From an uncultured Chloroflexia bacterium (lineage in GTDB: Bacteria > Chloroflexota > Anaerolineae > JAAYZQ01), in assembly GCA_963700285.1 (NCBI GenBank), contig CAVOXA010000010.1:640001-704000 (forward strand): 64,000 nucleotides of DNA, written 5' to 3'. The stretch's first letter is position 1, and every line of letters begins with the position of its first letter. The notes under the pieces were generated by a model that saw only the letters and a list, made by a program, of their open reading frames with translations, was not told where the DNA came from and made no database searches. Below, in pieces: positions 20,433 to 29,641 of the stretch. The translations under genes and the position numbers were made by a program.

Positions 20433-21154
20433 GACGCTGGGCGGCGCCCCTGGCACTCTTGGGGCTCGTGCCGCTACTAACCTTGGCGCTGAGGCCGGGG
20501 GCAATGCCTCCGGCCCCGGCCTCTTTGCCCTTGGTCGATCCCGAACTGGGCGTGCCCGTAGGCGAGCCACTCATTTCAACTGCCACAGACGCGAAACTGG
20601 CCATGGACGGCGTCGTCGAGGCAGCTTGGGAACAGACACCAATGCTGTCCGTGCCCTTGCACTATGGATTGCACAGCGACGAACAGGTGGGCGTGCTGGC
20701 ATTGCGGTCGCTGCACGACACCGAGAACGTTTACTTTCTGGCCCGATGGCCCGCCGCTACACACGGCGGCGAGCCTGACGTCTGGCACAACCTCATTACG
20801 GTCCACTGGCGCTTGGTGGACCCAGGCCACGTCTCGGGTGAATCCACGGGGAGCGATGGATTGGCCTGCACGGTGGGCTGCCATACCGCCACTGCCAACG
20901 GGCAGGGCCAGATCGTCGGCATCCGCCCCGAAACGATTCCGCCGGGATTGAGCGAAAACCTGCCTGCTGGCGGCGGCTGGTCGGATGGTGAGTGGCTTGT
21001 GGAATGGAGCCGGCCCAAGGTCAGCGAGAGCCCCTACGACCAGAACCTTAGCGATCCTGAACAATCCTATCGCTTCTTTGTCAAGCTGTTTCTGGGATTG
21101 GAGGGTCAAGCCGACCCCGTGTCCAACGTTCACAGCCTGAGGCTTGGCCAGTGA
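20429..21154 (+). CDS. Exported DOMON/ethylbenzene-dehydrogenase-gamma-like heme-binding protein
   Basis: Signal/TM, MDGVVEAAW, LRSLHDTENVYFLARWP, CTVGCH, GGWSDGEWLVEWSR; GTGA overlap with the cytochrome stop. Confidence 0.65.
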   Translation: MRRWAAPLALLGLVPLLTLALRPGAMPPAPASLPLVDPELGVPVGEPLISTATDAKLAMDGVVEAAWEQTPMLSVPLHYGLHSDEQVGVLALRSLHDTENVYFLARWPAATHGGEPDVWHNLITVHWRLVDPGHVSGESTGSDGLACTVGCHTATANGQGQIVGIRPETIPPGLSENLPAGGGWSDGEWLVEWSRPKVSESPYDQNLSDPEQSYRFFVKLFLGLEGQADPVSNVHSLRLGQ

Positions 21155-23214
21155 AATACCGTGGGCCAACATTAGCGACAAGGATCGCGCGTGATTTTGC
21201 CCCACTGTTGGCGGTGGGCCTGCTGGTAGCAGTTTATGTAGCCACCTTGGGCACCATGTCGCTGCGCCGGCACCAGAACCTCCGGACCAACGCCCTGGAT
21301 CTGGGCTATACGGATCAGGCCGTATGGAATACACTCCACGGCCGGCCTTTCCGCTTCTCCACCTACCTGGACGCCGCTTACTACCTCGATATCCCCATCC
21401 AGGTGTTCCGAGATCCCGGCATGCTCCTGGGTTACCACGTTGAACCGATCCTGGCCGCCATCAGCCTCCTCTACCTGGTCCACGATGGGCCGGAGACATT
21501 GCTGTGTTTGCAGACGGTGATCATCGCCCTGGGGGCAATTCCAGTTTATTTCCTTGCACGTTCCCGCTTCGAAAGACAGAACACGGTGACCAGGGAAGGG
21601 CACGCAACGCGCAACACGCCATACGTCGCACGTTGGATCCCCATCGGCTTTGTCCTCCTCTATCTGCTCTCCCCTCCGCTGCAAGCCACAAACTTGTCGG
21701 ATTTTCACGCCGTGGCGCTGAGTCCGGCCTTTCTACTGGCAGCTTTCTATTTTCTCGAGACCGACCGGCCCTGGGGCTTTGCCATTTTTGCCGTCCTGGC
21801 CACCATGACCAAAGAGGAGGTAGGCATCATCGTCGCTATGATGGGCCTGTGGGCGGCCTTGGTGCGGCGACGATGGGCGTTGGGTCTGGGGATCGCCGCC
21901 TTTGGCGCGGGCTGGTCGCTGCTCGCCTTCCAGGTGATCTTGCCCCATTTCAACGGCCTCGGCAGCTCGGCCTTCCTGGTACGCTATGGCCAGTTTGGCG
22001 ACAGTCCCGCCGGCATCCTTCGCAATATCGTGCAGCAGCCGCACCTTCTCACGGATTGGCTGCGTCGCTCCGACGTTGTGCGGTACCTGCGTGATCTGTG
22101 GCTCAGCAGCGGGGGACTGGCCATCCTATATCCGTTCAGTCTGGTGATGGCCCTGCCCTCCCTGGCGCTTAACCTCTTTTCCCGTTATGCCTGGATGCGC
22201 TCGGGCGGTGGGCATTACTCGGCGGCCATCGTCCCGTTCCTGGTGATCTCGGCGATCTATGGGGTGGCCTGGCTGGCAGGGAAGACTGACAGATGGGCAG
22301 ACGGGCGAACCGGAAAATGGCAGGTACACCAGTTCATTACCATTCTGCTTGTATGTGGGGGACTGGTCGTAGCGTTGAGAAATCAGTATTACAGTGGCAT
22401 CTTGCCGTTGTCGAGGCGATTCGCTCTAGAGCCAGTAAGCGAGCATGCTCGCCGTGCCGGGCCGTTCATTGAACAAGTCAACGCTCTGCCACCCGATACA
22501 CCCATCTCGGCAAGCTCGGGTCTTTACCCCCACGTAGCTCACCGGGAAAAAGCCTATCTATTTCCCACCATCAGCGATGCAGAGTTCATCCTGCTGGATG
22601 TGACCGGCCCATCCAGTCCCGTGGGCGCCGGAGATCAGTACCAGATCGTACGCGAGCTGCTGGATTATGCCGAGTTCGGCGTAGCCGAGAGCGACTATGG
22701 ATTCCTGCTCCTGGAGCGTGGTCTCGACGAATACCGGTTTTCACCTACCTTTTACGCTGCCTTCCTCGCTGGCAGTAGATCACCGCAGAACCCGGTTGGT
22801 GCGGATTTTGGTGGGCTGTTGCGGTTGGAGGGCTTTGATTGGGACGTGCGCCCCGTGGTCCGCCCCGAGCAAGTCGTAGAGATTGCGACCTATTGGCAGG
22901 CACTGTCCCCCCTGGACAACGACTATCGCCTGGTCTTCTTTTTCTGGGACAAGGATGGCCGCCTGGTACGAATTCAGCCGGAGGAACAGGTGGTACACTG
23001 GTATCCCACCTGGCTGTGGGAGCCTGACCAGGTGACTAAGGTGACACTGCCCCCGCTGCCTGTGGGCGATCTGGCCCGTATGGGGGTAGCGGTACTGGGT
23101 CCAGGCATCGAAAACTCGGACATCGAGGGCCGCATTGTGCCCATAACCCGGGCAGGGGAGCAAGACCTGGTACTCTGGGAACAAGACACAATTCTGGAGC
23201 TAACGAGACCTTAA
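21151..23214 (+). CDS. DUF2079-type polytopic membrane protein (probable GT-C glycosyltransferase)
   Basis: ALDLGYTDQAVWN, LGYHVEPI, DFHAVAL, TKEE, HYSA; many TM helices. Confidence 0.8.
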   Translation: MKYRGPTLATRIARDFAPLLAVGLLVAVYVATLGTMSLRRHQNLRTNALDLGYTDQAVWNTLHGRPFRFSTYLDAAYYLDIPIQVFRDPGMLLGYHVEPILAAISLLYLVHDGPETLLCLQTVIIALGAIPVYFLARSRFERQNTVTREGHATRNTPYVARWIPIGFVLLYLLSPPLQATNLSDFHAVALSPAFLLAAFYFLETDRPWGFAIFAVLATMTKEEVGIIVAMMGLWAALVRRRWALGLGIAAFGAGWSLLAFQVILPHFNGLGSSAFLVRYGQFGDSPAGILRNIVQQPHLLTDWLRRSDVVRYLRDLWLSSGGLAILYPFSLVMALPSLALNLFSRYAWMRSGGGHYSAAIVPFLVISAIYGVAWLAGKTDRWADGRTGKWQVHQFITILLVCGGLVVALRNQYYSGILPLSRRFALEPVSEHARRAGPFIEQVNALPPDTPISASSGLYPHVAHREKAYLFPTISDAEFILLDVTGPSSPVGAGDQYQIVRELLDYAEFGVAESDYGFLLLERGLDEYRFSPTFYAAFLAGSRSPQNPVGADFGGLLRLEGFDWDVRPVVRPEQVVEIATYWQALSPLDNDYRLVFFFWDKDGRLVRIQPEEQVVHWYPTWLWEPDQVTKVTLPPLPVGDLARMGVAVLGPGIENSDIEGRIVPITRAGEQDLVLWEQDTILELTRP

Positions 23215-23876
23215 TGGACAACGTACTCATCATGGTCGCCAAGGAGCCGGTTCCTGGCCTAACCAAGACGCGCCTTTGCCCTCCTTTTACTCCAGTAGGC
23301 GCAGCCGGGTTATACTGCTGTTTGTTGCTGGACACGCTGGCACTGATGTCGCGGGTGGAGGTGGCTGATCATACCATAGCGTACACACCCGACAAGGCCC
23401 AACCCTATTTCGAGAAACTTGCACCCAACGGCTTCAGGCTGGTACCACAGCAGGGTGCCGACCTGGGGGAGCGATTGGCCAATGCTCTGCGCTACCATTT
23501 TGAGCTGGGTTTCCAGCGCGTCGTCATCATGAACAGCGATGGCCCCACGCTGCCCCTGGCCTGCCTGGAAGAGGCATTCTCGGAGCTCGATCGCGCCGAC
23601 ATTACCTTGGGGCCGAGCCATGACGGTGGCTATTATCTCATCGGCATGAAGCGTCTTTATCCGGAGCTATTCCAAGGGATCGCATGGAGCACAGAGCGCG
23701 TGATTCCTCAGACGCTGGCAGCATGTCACCGGCTCGGGCTAACGGTGCACCAACTGCCCGAGTGGTATGATGTCGACACAGAGGCCGATCTGAAACGATT
23801 GCGCCATGATCTGGCCTGCGATCCGGCGTTGGCACCCAGCACCGGGGCCTTTCTGAGCCACAAACAGCCGGACTGA
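23214..23876 (+). CDS. DUF2064/TIGR04282-type GT-A/CofC-like transferase
   Basis: AKEPVPGLTKTRL, QQGADLGERL, SDGPTL, LGPSHDGGYYLIG, WYDVDT. Confidence 0.88.
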   Translation: MDNVLIMVAKEPVPGLTKTRLCPPFTPVGAAGLYCCLLLDTLALMSRVEVADHTIAYTPDKAQPYFEKLAPNGFRLVPQQGADLGERLANALRYHFELGFQRVVIMNSDGPTLPLACLEEAFSELDRADITLGPSHDGGYYLIGMKRLYPELFQGIAWSTERVIPQTLAACHRLGLTVHQLPEWYDVDTEADLKRLRHDLACDPALAPSTGAFLSHKQPD

Positions 23877-24419
23877 CTATTTGCCCAGGCGGCGAGCAGC
23901 CAGCAGCAACCCGATGACGCTCATACTGTCCATGATCTCACCCTCCAGGGCCATACGCAACGACTTGTCGAAGGGAAAAATCCGGCGCTCCAGAAATTCG
24001 GTCTCGTCGGGCAGTGCTTGGGCAGGTGCCAGATCCTCGCCAATGTAGAGGTGGGCCGTCTCGTCGCAAATGCACTTGGAGGTATAGTAGCTGCTGATGG
24101 GGATCAGCCGCCCGGCATGATAGCCAGCCTCCTCGGCCAACTCCCGCTGGGCTGCTTGGTCCAGCGTCTCTCCCTGGTGCACGCCGCCGGTTGGGATCTC
24201 CCAGCGGTGGTTCTCGCCCTGGACATAGCGGTACTGGCGCACTAGCAGCACGTGGCTGTCATCGACAAAGGGTACCACTCCCACGCAATTGCCAAAGGTA
24301 ACCACACCGTAGACAGTCGTCCGGCCATCGGGCATCTCGGCTACATCCTCGCGCAGGCGCATCCAGGCATTCTCATAGACGAGCAGGCTGGATTGTGTTT
24401 TCCATGGTTTCGGCTTCAT
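23877..24419 (-). CDS. NUDIX hydrolase (ADP-sugar pyrophosphatase-like)
   Basis: Nudix box GGVHQGETLDQAAQRELAEEAG; LVRQYRY; start uncertain (24419-24437). Confidence 0.88.
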   Translation of the reverse strand: MKPKPWKTQSSLLVYENAWMRLREDVAEMPDGRTTVYGVVTFGNCVGVVPFVDDSHVLLVRQYRYVQGENHRWEIPTGGVHQGETLDQAAQRELAEEAGYHAGRLIPISSYYTSKCICDETAHLYIGEDLAPAQALPDETEFLERRIFPFDKSLRMALEGEIMDSMSVIGLLLAARRLGK

Positions 24420-24426
24420 GGGCATC

Positions 24427-25431
24427 TCACGGCACAATAATCGTCGTACAGACGTTGCCCCCCCGGGGAAGGTCTTTCTCAGGCGCCACGTTGAAGGCCA
24501 GATCTATCCTGTCACCACGCACCAACGGACAGTAGATGTCGGGCTGGTTGAGGTCGCCCAGTAAAGCGCGGCGGCTGGCGCATCCCCCGCCACAGCTCGC
24601 CACGTGGGGGCACTCTCTACAAGCATCGGGCACCAGTCGGGCTCGCTGGAACTGTTCGCTCTCCAAGATGCGCTCGGCGGTCAACCCAGACAGATCCTCC
24701 AGGGTCAGGTCAGGCTGGGGCCAGTAGACGCAGGGGGTGATGTAGCGCTGGGGAGTGATACGGATGCTGTGCCGGCCACAGGGCGATCCCGTGAGGCTGT
24801 CGAGTCCCAGCATGGCATTGACGATCGGCTCACTTGTGCTAAGCAACTGTCCAGAGTCCAACAACCGCCGGAACGCCTCCCAAAACTGGCCGTAGCTGAG
24901 CATGTACTCGTTCTGTCCCACCGGCTGGTAGACGTTGACTCTGAAATTCGTCCCCAGATCGCGGGCCACGGCGACCAGCCTGTCCATCTCTTGATAGTTA
25001 GTGTTCATCAGCGTCGCCAGAATCGTCACCTCGATGCCGTAAGCGTGGCAGCGATCAATGGCATCAACAACACAGGTCCAATTGCCCTCGCCCCTAAAGG
25101 CATCCTGAGCTTGTGGTGTGGCGAAATCTACCGACAGCTCCACGTCGTGAAACTGGCGCAACAGCGATGGCGGCATTTCGTTCAGGCTGTAACCGTTGCT
25201 GGCCATGCTCACCTTGATGCCCCGCTCGCTCAGGTACTCGACGATCTGGGGAAACTGGGGGTGCAGCAGGCTCTCGCCGGTTCCCATGTTGAAGGATGCC
25301 GCCTCTAGCGTATCGCTGATGGCGCGGATCTCGTCCAAGCTGAGCTGGTAAATGCGGTCCTGAGGACGGTAACAGTGGGCACAACTCAAGTTGCAGTCGT
25401 TGGTTATGCCAATACCGATCGACACTTGCAC
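24427..25431 (-). CDS. Radical SAM protein with a SPASM domain
   Basis: CNLSCAHC; C-terminal PCG...TPCVY...CRECPHVASCGGGC...YC; start reassigned to GTG 25431 after AAGGAG. Confidence 0.88.
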   Translation of the reverse strand: MQVSIGIGITNDCNLSCAHCYRPQDRIYQLSLDEIRAISDTLEAASFNMGTGESLLHPQFPQIVEYLSERGIKVSMASNGYSLNEMPPSLLRQFHDVELSVDFATPQAQDAFRGEGNWTCVVDAIDRCHAYGIEVTILATLMNTNYQEMDRLVAVARDLGTNFRVNVYQPVGQNEYMLSYGQFWEAFRRLLDSGQLLSTSEPIVNAMLGLDSLTGSPCGRHSIRITPQRYITPCVYWPQPDLTLEDLSGLTAERILESEQFQRARLVPDACRECPHVASCGGGCASRRALLGDLNQPDIYCPLVRGDRIDLAFNVAPEKDLPRGGNVCTTIIVP

Positions 25432-25516
25432 AATAGGCTCCTTCCTAAACTGAATCTCGTTCAGTCCAAACCTCGGACATTTTTCCAGTTGCTTTGGCTG
25501 TTTGCGCCCCAGCCAC

Positions 25517-26359
25517 TCAGTCAAATTCAGTACATGAATCAACCCGCGAAAACCTCTTGGGTCTGTGGGCAACCATTTGAATGTACCGGGCCAATTCGTT
25601 GTATGGAGGGCGAGCGGCCACGGCTTTTTCCAAATGGAGCAAGGCGTCAAAGAAATCTGGGTCATCCAGGCGCTCGCGAGGTACATAGTCAGCAAAGACG
25701 CGAACCCCGTAGAGCCCCGTCACGTTCAGTCCCATCTCGCAAAGCCAGGCGCCTACTTTTTCAGCGGTATAGGCCACGCCAGGAATGTCGAACAGGGTGG
25801 CACAAAAGCAACCCTTCTCAAGGGTTGCCAGGGCCGCGTATGGATCCAAGCTCGACCAAACCTGGCGCAGTACCTCGGCGTGCTGATTGACAAAGGACAC
25901 CGACAGCACCCCGCCATCGCGCAACAGCCCGACCAGCGCCCCGAGGCTGGCGCGAGGATCGGGGAGAAACTCTATCAGAGTATGACAGGTGATGACATCG
26001 AAGAATTGGGGAGCGAATGATTCCGCCGTCTGGTCTGCAGACAGGTGGCAGTATGTGATCCGCGCCCGGACATCGCCAGGCAGCTCCTGAGCTGCCTGGC
26101 GTGCCCGGTCAAGCATGGCCGGCGCATAGTCCGACAACCAGACAGAGTATCCATGCAACGCCAGACGCAGAGCCAGTTCACCTGAGCCACCGCCCACATC
26201 TAATGCACGGGGCCGAAGGCCCGGGTCCATAGCATCGAGCAGGCTTGGAGCCAGGTTATGCCAGGTCACCTCCCTGCGGATGCGGCCCAGTGGTCTTTGG
26301 TTGTACTCTGCCCATGCCTCAGCGCCCACGTCGAAGCGCGTTCTTGAATCAACGTTCAT
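25517..26359 (-). CDS. Class I SAM-dependent methyltransferase (SmtA/CmoM-like)
   Basis: ALDVGGGSG, FDVITCH, GVRVFADY, LARYIQMV. Confidence 0.85.
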   Translation of the reverse strand: MNVDSRTRFDVGAEAWAEYNQRPLGRIRREVTWHNLAPSLLDAMDPGLRPRALDVGGGSGELALRLALHGYSVWLSDYAPAMLDRARQAAQELPGDVRARITYCHLSADQTAESFAPQFFDVITCHTLIEFLPDPRASLGALVGLLRDGGVLSVSFVNQHAEVLRQVWSSLDPYAALATLEKGCFCATLFDIPGVAYTAEKVGAWLCEMGLNVTGLYGVRVFADYVPRERLDDPDFFDALLHLEKAVAARPPYNELARYIQMVAHRPKRFSRVDSCTEFD

Positions 26360-26477
26360 CGCCGCGCCGATTATATCATAGCCAAAAGCTATTGTCCAGG
26401 TTCTGATTCCAGCTTTTGGGTTTCGGCTTGTTACAGCTCCCTGGCTCTGGTCGCCTATTTCTTTATGGACTTTGCTG

Positions 26478-27563
26478 CTATGCCGTGGCTTTGCTCACCA
26501 ACACACACAGCTCGGCTGTTTCTGAGACACACCGCGCCTCGGTCACGTCCTGCTCGGTGAACCTGGCCATCAAGATCTCCCGGTCGCCCGTGCGTGAGTA
26601 GTCGTAGATGATAAAGATCGTACCATCTGGCGCCTGGACCCCGTCCGGGTACGAAATGCCGACTCGCCCATCCAGTAACAATCCCCCATACCACATCTGC
26701 CCCTCATCCTCTGAGAGAAAGGCCATCAGGTCTTGGCGCTCTGTACGTTGGTCTATCGGGCCGTGCTTCACCAACAGTAGTCTGCCCGAAGCAAGGCGTC
26801 GAATGAAGAAACGAGCCGTCGGATGCTGGATAGGAGAGGGCTTCAATGGGCTCCATGTCCGGCCGCGGTCGGTGGAAGTACTCTCACCGAGGCCATAGGT
26901 TGTCCGGACAAGCATCCACAGTGTGCCATCCATCCGCTCGACGATCATATGTTCGTCAAAACTGCGTACCTCAACCGGGACATTGCACCCACCACGTACC
27001 CGCCAGGTCTGACCTCGGTCGGTCGAGACAACCACTTTGGCGCTATCGTCCGTTTCTCGCCACGTGGATGCCGGCAGGACCCATTCACCCGAGGAGAGGA
27101 CAATGGGTTTGCCCATCATGACCCCATCCGCGAGGCGTCGGGGTTCAGACCATTGCGACTCCTCGTCATCCGGCTTGTCGGTGGTCAAAGCCCATACCCC
27201 GGCAATGGTTCCCTCGTGACCAATCGCCTGGGCCCAGAATGCCCAAAGGCGTCCATCCGGATCCACCCACGCCTGAGGATCAAAAGCCCGTACCGGCCCA
27301 TCGCCGTCGGGGTCGATGATCAGCTTCTCTCCTGACCAGGTATGGCCATCGTCCCCGCTGGTTGCCAACGTTGCATAGTTAAAGTGGTCTTCCCTGGTTC
27401 CCTGACCTCCATACCAAATGGCCCACAAGCGCCCCCTCTGGCTGCGCGCCAGGCTCGGTATGCCCTGGAATCGCCGGGTAGCGCTACCATATTCCGGACC
27501 GGGCTTTGAGATCACCCAGGGTGGGTTGAGGTACAACGGCTGCGATGCTGCATGACCGGGCAT
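26478..27563 (-). CDS. BNR/Asp-box sialidase-family protein
   Basis: Asp boxes SGDDGHTW, STDRGQTW, STDRGRTW, SEDEGQMW; FQGIP; SYPD. Confidence 0.85.
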   Translation of the reverse strand: MPGHAASQPLYLNPPWVISKPGPEYGSATRRFQGIPSLARSQRGRLWAIWYGGQGTREDHFNYATLATSGDDGHTWSGEKLIIDPDGDGPVRAFDPQAWVDPDGRLWAFWAQAIGHEGTIAGVWALTTDKPDDEESQWSEPRRLADGVMMGKPIVLSSGEWVLPASTWRETDDSAKVVVSTDRGQTWRVRGGCNVPVEVRSFDEHMIVERMDGTLWMLVRTTYGLGESTSTDRGRTWSPLKPSPIQHPTARFFIRRLASGRLLLVKHGPIDQRTERQDLMAFLSEDEGQMWYGGLLLDGRVGISYPDGVQAPDGTIFIIYDYSRTGDREILMARFTEQDVTEARCVSETAELCVLVSKATA

Positions 27564-27937
27564 GAATCATTCCCCCCTTGGGCAGTAAGCCACTGCTCAG
27601 CTTGAGACTCGTGGTCGAAAAAGTGAATATCATCACCCTGATTGCATTCATGGATCAGTTCCCGGAATCTCTGGCTTTTGATCCCAGCCAAATCCGCAAC
27701 AATGGCTACCCTCACCTGATAGACCGATAGTTTATGAAACAAGGCGCCCGCAAGCCCGGAGCTAAGGTCAAAGAACTCGGGATGCAAGTGCTCTTCATCA
27801 AGCAGGATTCGGCTCGATTCAATGCCATAGCACTCGGCCAGCAGATCCAGCACATCTGCCTCGCTCGTGAGTATTCCGCTTTGGGGCACACATCTAACAT
27901 ACTCACCTGTCGGAGTCTGAACTACCTCTCCAATCAT
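27512..27937 (-). CDS. DUF4180-family protein
   Basis: LHPEFFDLSSGLAGALFHKLSVY...SQRFRELIHECNQG. Confidence 0.8.
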   Translation of the reverse strand: MIGEVVQTPTGEYVRCVPQSGILTSEADVLDLLAECYGIESSRILLDEEHLHPEFFDLSSGLAGALFHKLSVYQVRVAIVADLAGIKSQRFRELIHECNQGDDIHFFDHESQAEQWLTAQGGNDSCPVMQHRSRCTSTHPG

Positions 27938-28045
27938 GTCTGTCCTCTCTCGCCGTACAGCTAACGCTGTGGCCTTGTTCTCGGTTCAGGAGATGATTCG
28001 CCAGAGATTTGCTGGATCCGAGCTGGTCCGCTGGATCGCAGTTCC

Positions 28046-28897
28046 TCAGATCTCGACAAGAATATATTCATCATAATCACATTTGGGCCTGTATCCGATT
28101 TTCTGGTAGACGCGGGTCGCCGCTGCGTTGGACTGGTCCGCGAACAGCGCACAGTACTCCCAGCCTGCTCCGAGAAGCGTCCGGCTCAACGTGCTGACAC
28201 AGGCAGTCGCGTATCCCTGCCCTCGCAATTCCGGTGGGGTATAGACCAAGCTTATGCTGACGCCGTTTCTGGTGGGCCGAGTCTTCATGGCAATAGAAAC
28301 GGGTCTCTGCACCTCGAACAGGTAGATATCCCCATCCCCTATACGTGCTCTTGCCGCTCGCCGTGATTCTTCACGCTCTGCCTGGCCAAAGATCTCGCTG
28401 TGGAAGCCATACCACCACCGGACCACCAAGTCAGCATCTTGCTGCGTGGCCAGCCTCAGTTTTCCGGGTTCTGTCACCAGGTCGGGCGCCTCTCGCAGTT
28501 CATATACGATCTGCCGCCGCTCAAGGTCAAAACCGTTCCCGGTGACCTCCGCCCACCGCGCGGCAACTCCTCGCGCAACCTCGCTTGGCCCCATAACGCC
28601 AGCAGGCCGCCACCCTTCCCTGACCAGATCATCAACCAGAATCCTAGCAATGGCATCGAGATCACCTTGCTGAGCACAAACGACCAGCTTGTGGGGTGGA
28701 GTCATCACGACTGCCAACATAAGCCCATTTTCATCTTCTACCGTCTTCAGGCAAGGGCCTGCCTGGAACCATTCTGGATGTCGTACGAGTTGTCCACAGA
28801 TGCCCAGCATTAAGCTGTTGGCCGCTTCATTGGACTCGAGTTCCGTTTGCGTGTTCTTGAGGAAAAGCCTTGGGTCGGTGTAGGTCCAGACCTTCAT
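28046..28897 (-). CDS. GNAT acetyltransferase (FR47-like C-terminal domain)
   Basis: VYTPPELRGQGYA, LFADQSN...YQKIGY. Confidence 0.88.
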   Translation of the reverse strand: MKVWTYTDPRLFLKNTQTELESNEAANSLMLGICGQLVRHPEWFQAGPCLKTVEDENGLMLAVVMTPPHKLVVCAQQGDLDAIARILVDDLVREGWRPAGVMGPSEVARGVAARWAEVTGNGFDLERRQIVYELREAPDLVTEPGKLRLATQQDADLVVRWWYGFHSEIFGQAEREESRRAARARIGDGDIYLFEVQRPVSIAMKTRPTRNGVSISLVYTPPELRGQGYATACVSTLSRTLLGAGWEYCALFADQSNAAATRVYQKIGYRPKCDYDEYILVEI

Positions 28898-28924
28898 GCT
28901 CCGTCTGTCACTGCTTTCTGGTAC

Positions 28925-29641
28925 TCACCCTGACAGTCTGCCCAGGCGGTCTGCGATCTCGCGCAGGTGTTCCCACTCGTGCTCGAGCATGCGGCGCAAC
29001 ATCCGCCGGGCTGTCCAGGTGACCTGGCCGCGCTGAGTCATCTGCGTACGCTCCGCTTCAGTCATTGTCTGCAATCGCACCAATGTGATGCTCCATGCCT
29101 GTTCCAGGGCCGGTACGAGCCTCTCTGAATCCTCCCGTAGGGTTCGGAGGAAAGGGGGCAACTCGATGATCTTGCCCAAAGCCGCGCGCAGATAGGCATA
29201 TTGGGAGTCGGCAACGTGTGTCACGATGCGGTGGATGGACCAGCCGCCGGCGGCTGGTTCGGCCACCAGTTGTTTGTTCGGTAGGTTTCGAACCAGGTCC
29301 AGCAGGTCCGCCCGCAGCCAGCCCAGGCGCTGGACAAAGATTGCCTGCTCCGCAGTACTCAGAGGATCAAAATCGGGTCCAAAGCCAGGCGCTGGGTTTC
29401 CGTTGCCCAACCATGGGCCTTCCATGACGTGTTCAACCACGACTGTGGTGAGATCGTCCTCTGGCTGGATGTCCTGATCCTGTTCTTGCAGGAAGCGCAG
29501 GTAGGCGCGGATCGCCGCTGGCGTCACCTCCAGGGCAGCATCCGTCGTTGGTCCCTGAGCGATACAGCCCAGCAGATCCAGCACATGGACCATCGTCTTC
29601 TGCCGGCGTGGGCCAGATTCGAGGTAGAGACTATATCCCAT
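28925..29641 (-). CDS. HicB-like N-terminal domain fused to a DinB-family domain
   Basis: HVLDLLGCIAQGPTTDAAL; WSIHRIVTHVA; WTARRMLRRMLEHEWEH. Confidence 0.7.
   Translation of the reverse strand: MGYSLYLESGPRRQKTMVHVLDLLGCIAQGPTTDAALEVTPAAIRAYLRFLQEQDQDIQPEDDLTTVVVEHVMEGPWLGNGNPAPGFGPDFDPLSTAEQAIFVQRLGWLRADLLDLVRNLPNKQLVAEPAAGGWSIHRIVTHVADSQYAYLRAALGKIIELPPFLRTLREDSERLVPALEQAWSITLVRLQTMTEAERTQMTQRGQVTWTARRMLRRMLEHEWEHLREIADRLGRLSG

Noticed and set aside
16689-25431. Selenocysteine or pyrrolysine recoding in the rSAM/DUF2064 cluster
   Set aside because: The ORFs are complete with no in-frame stop at catalytic positions; no selenoprotein partner seen
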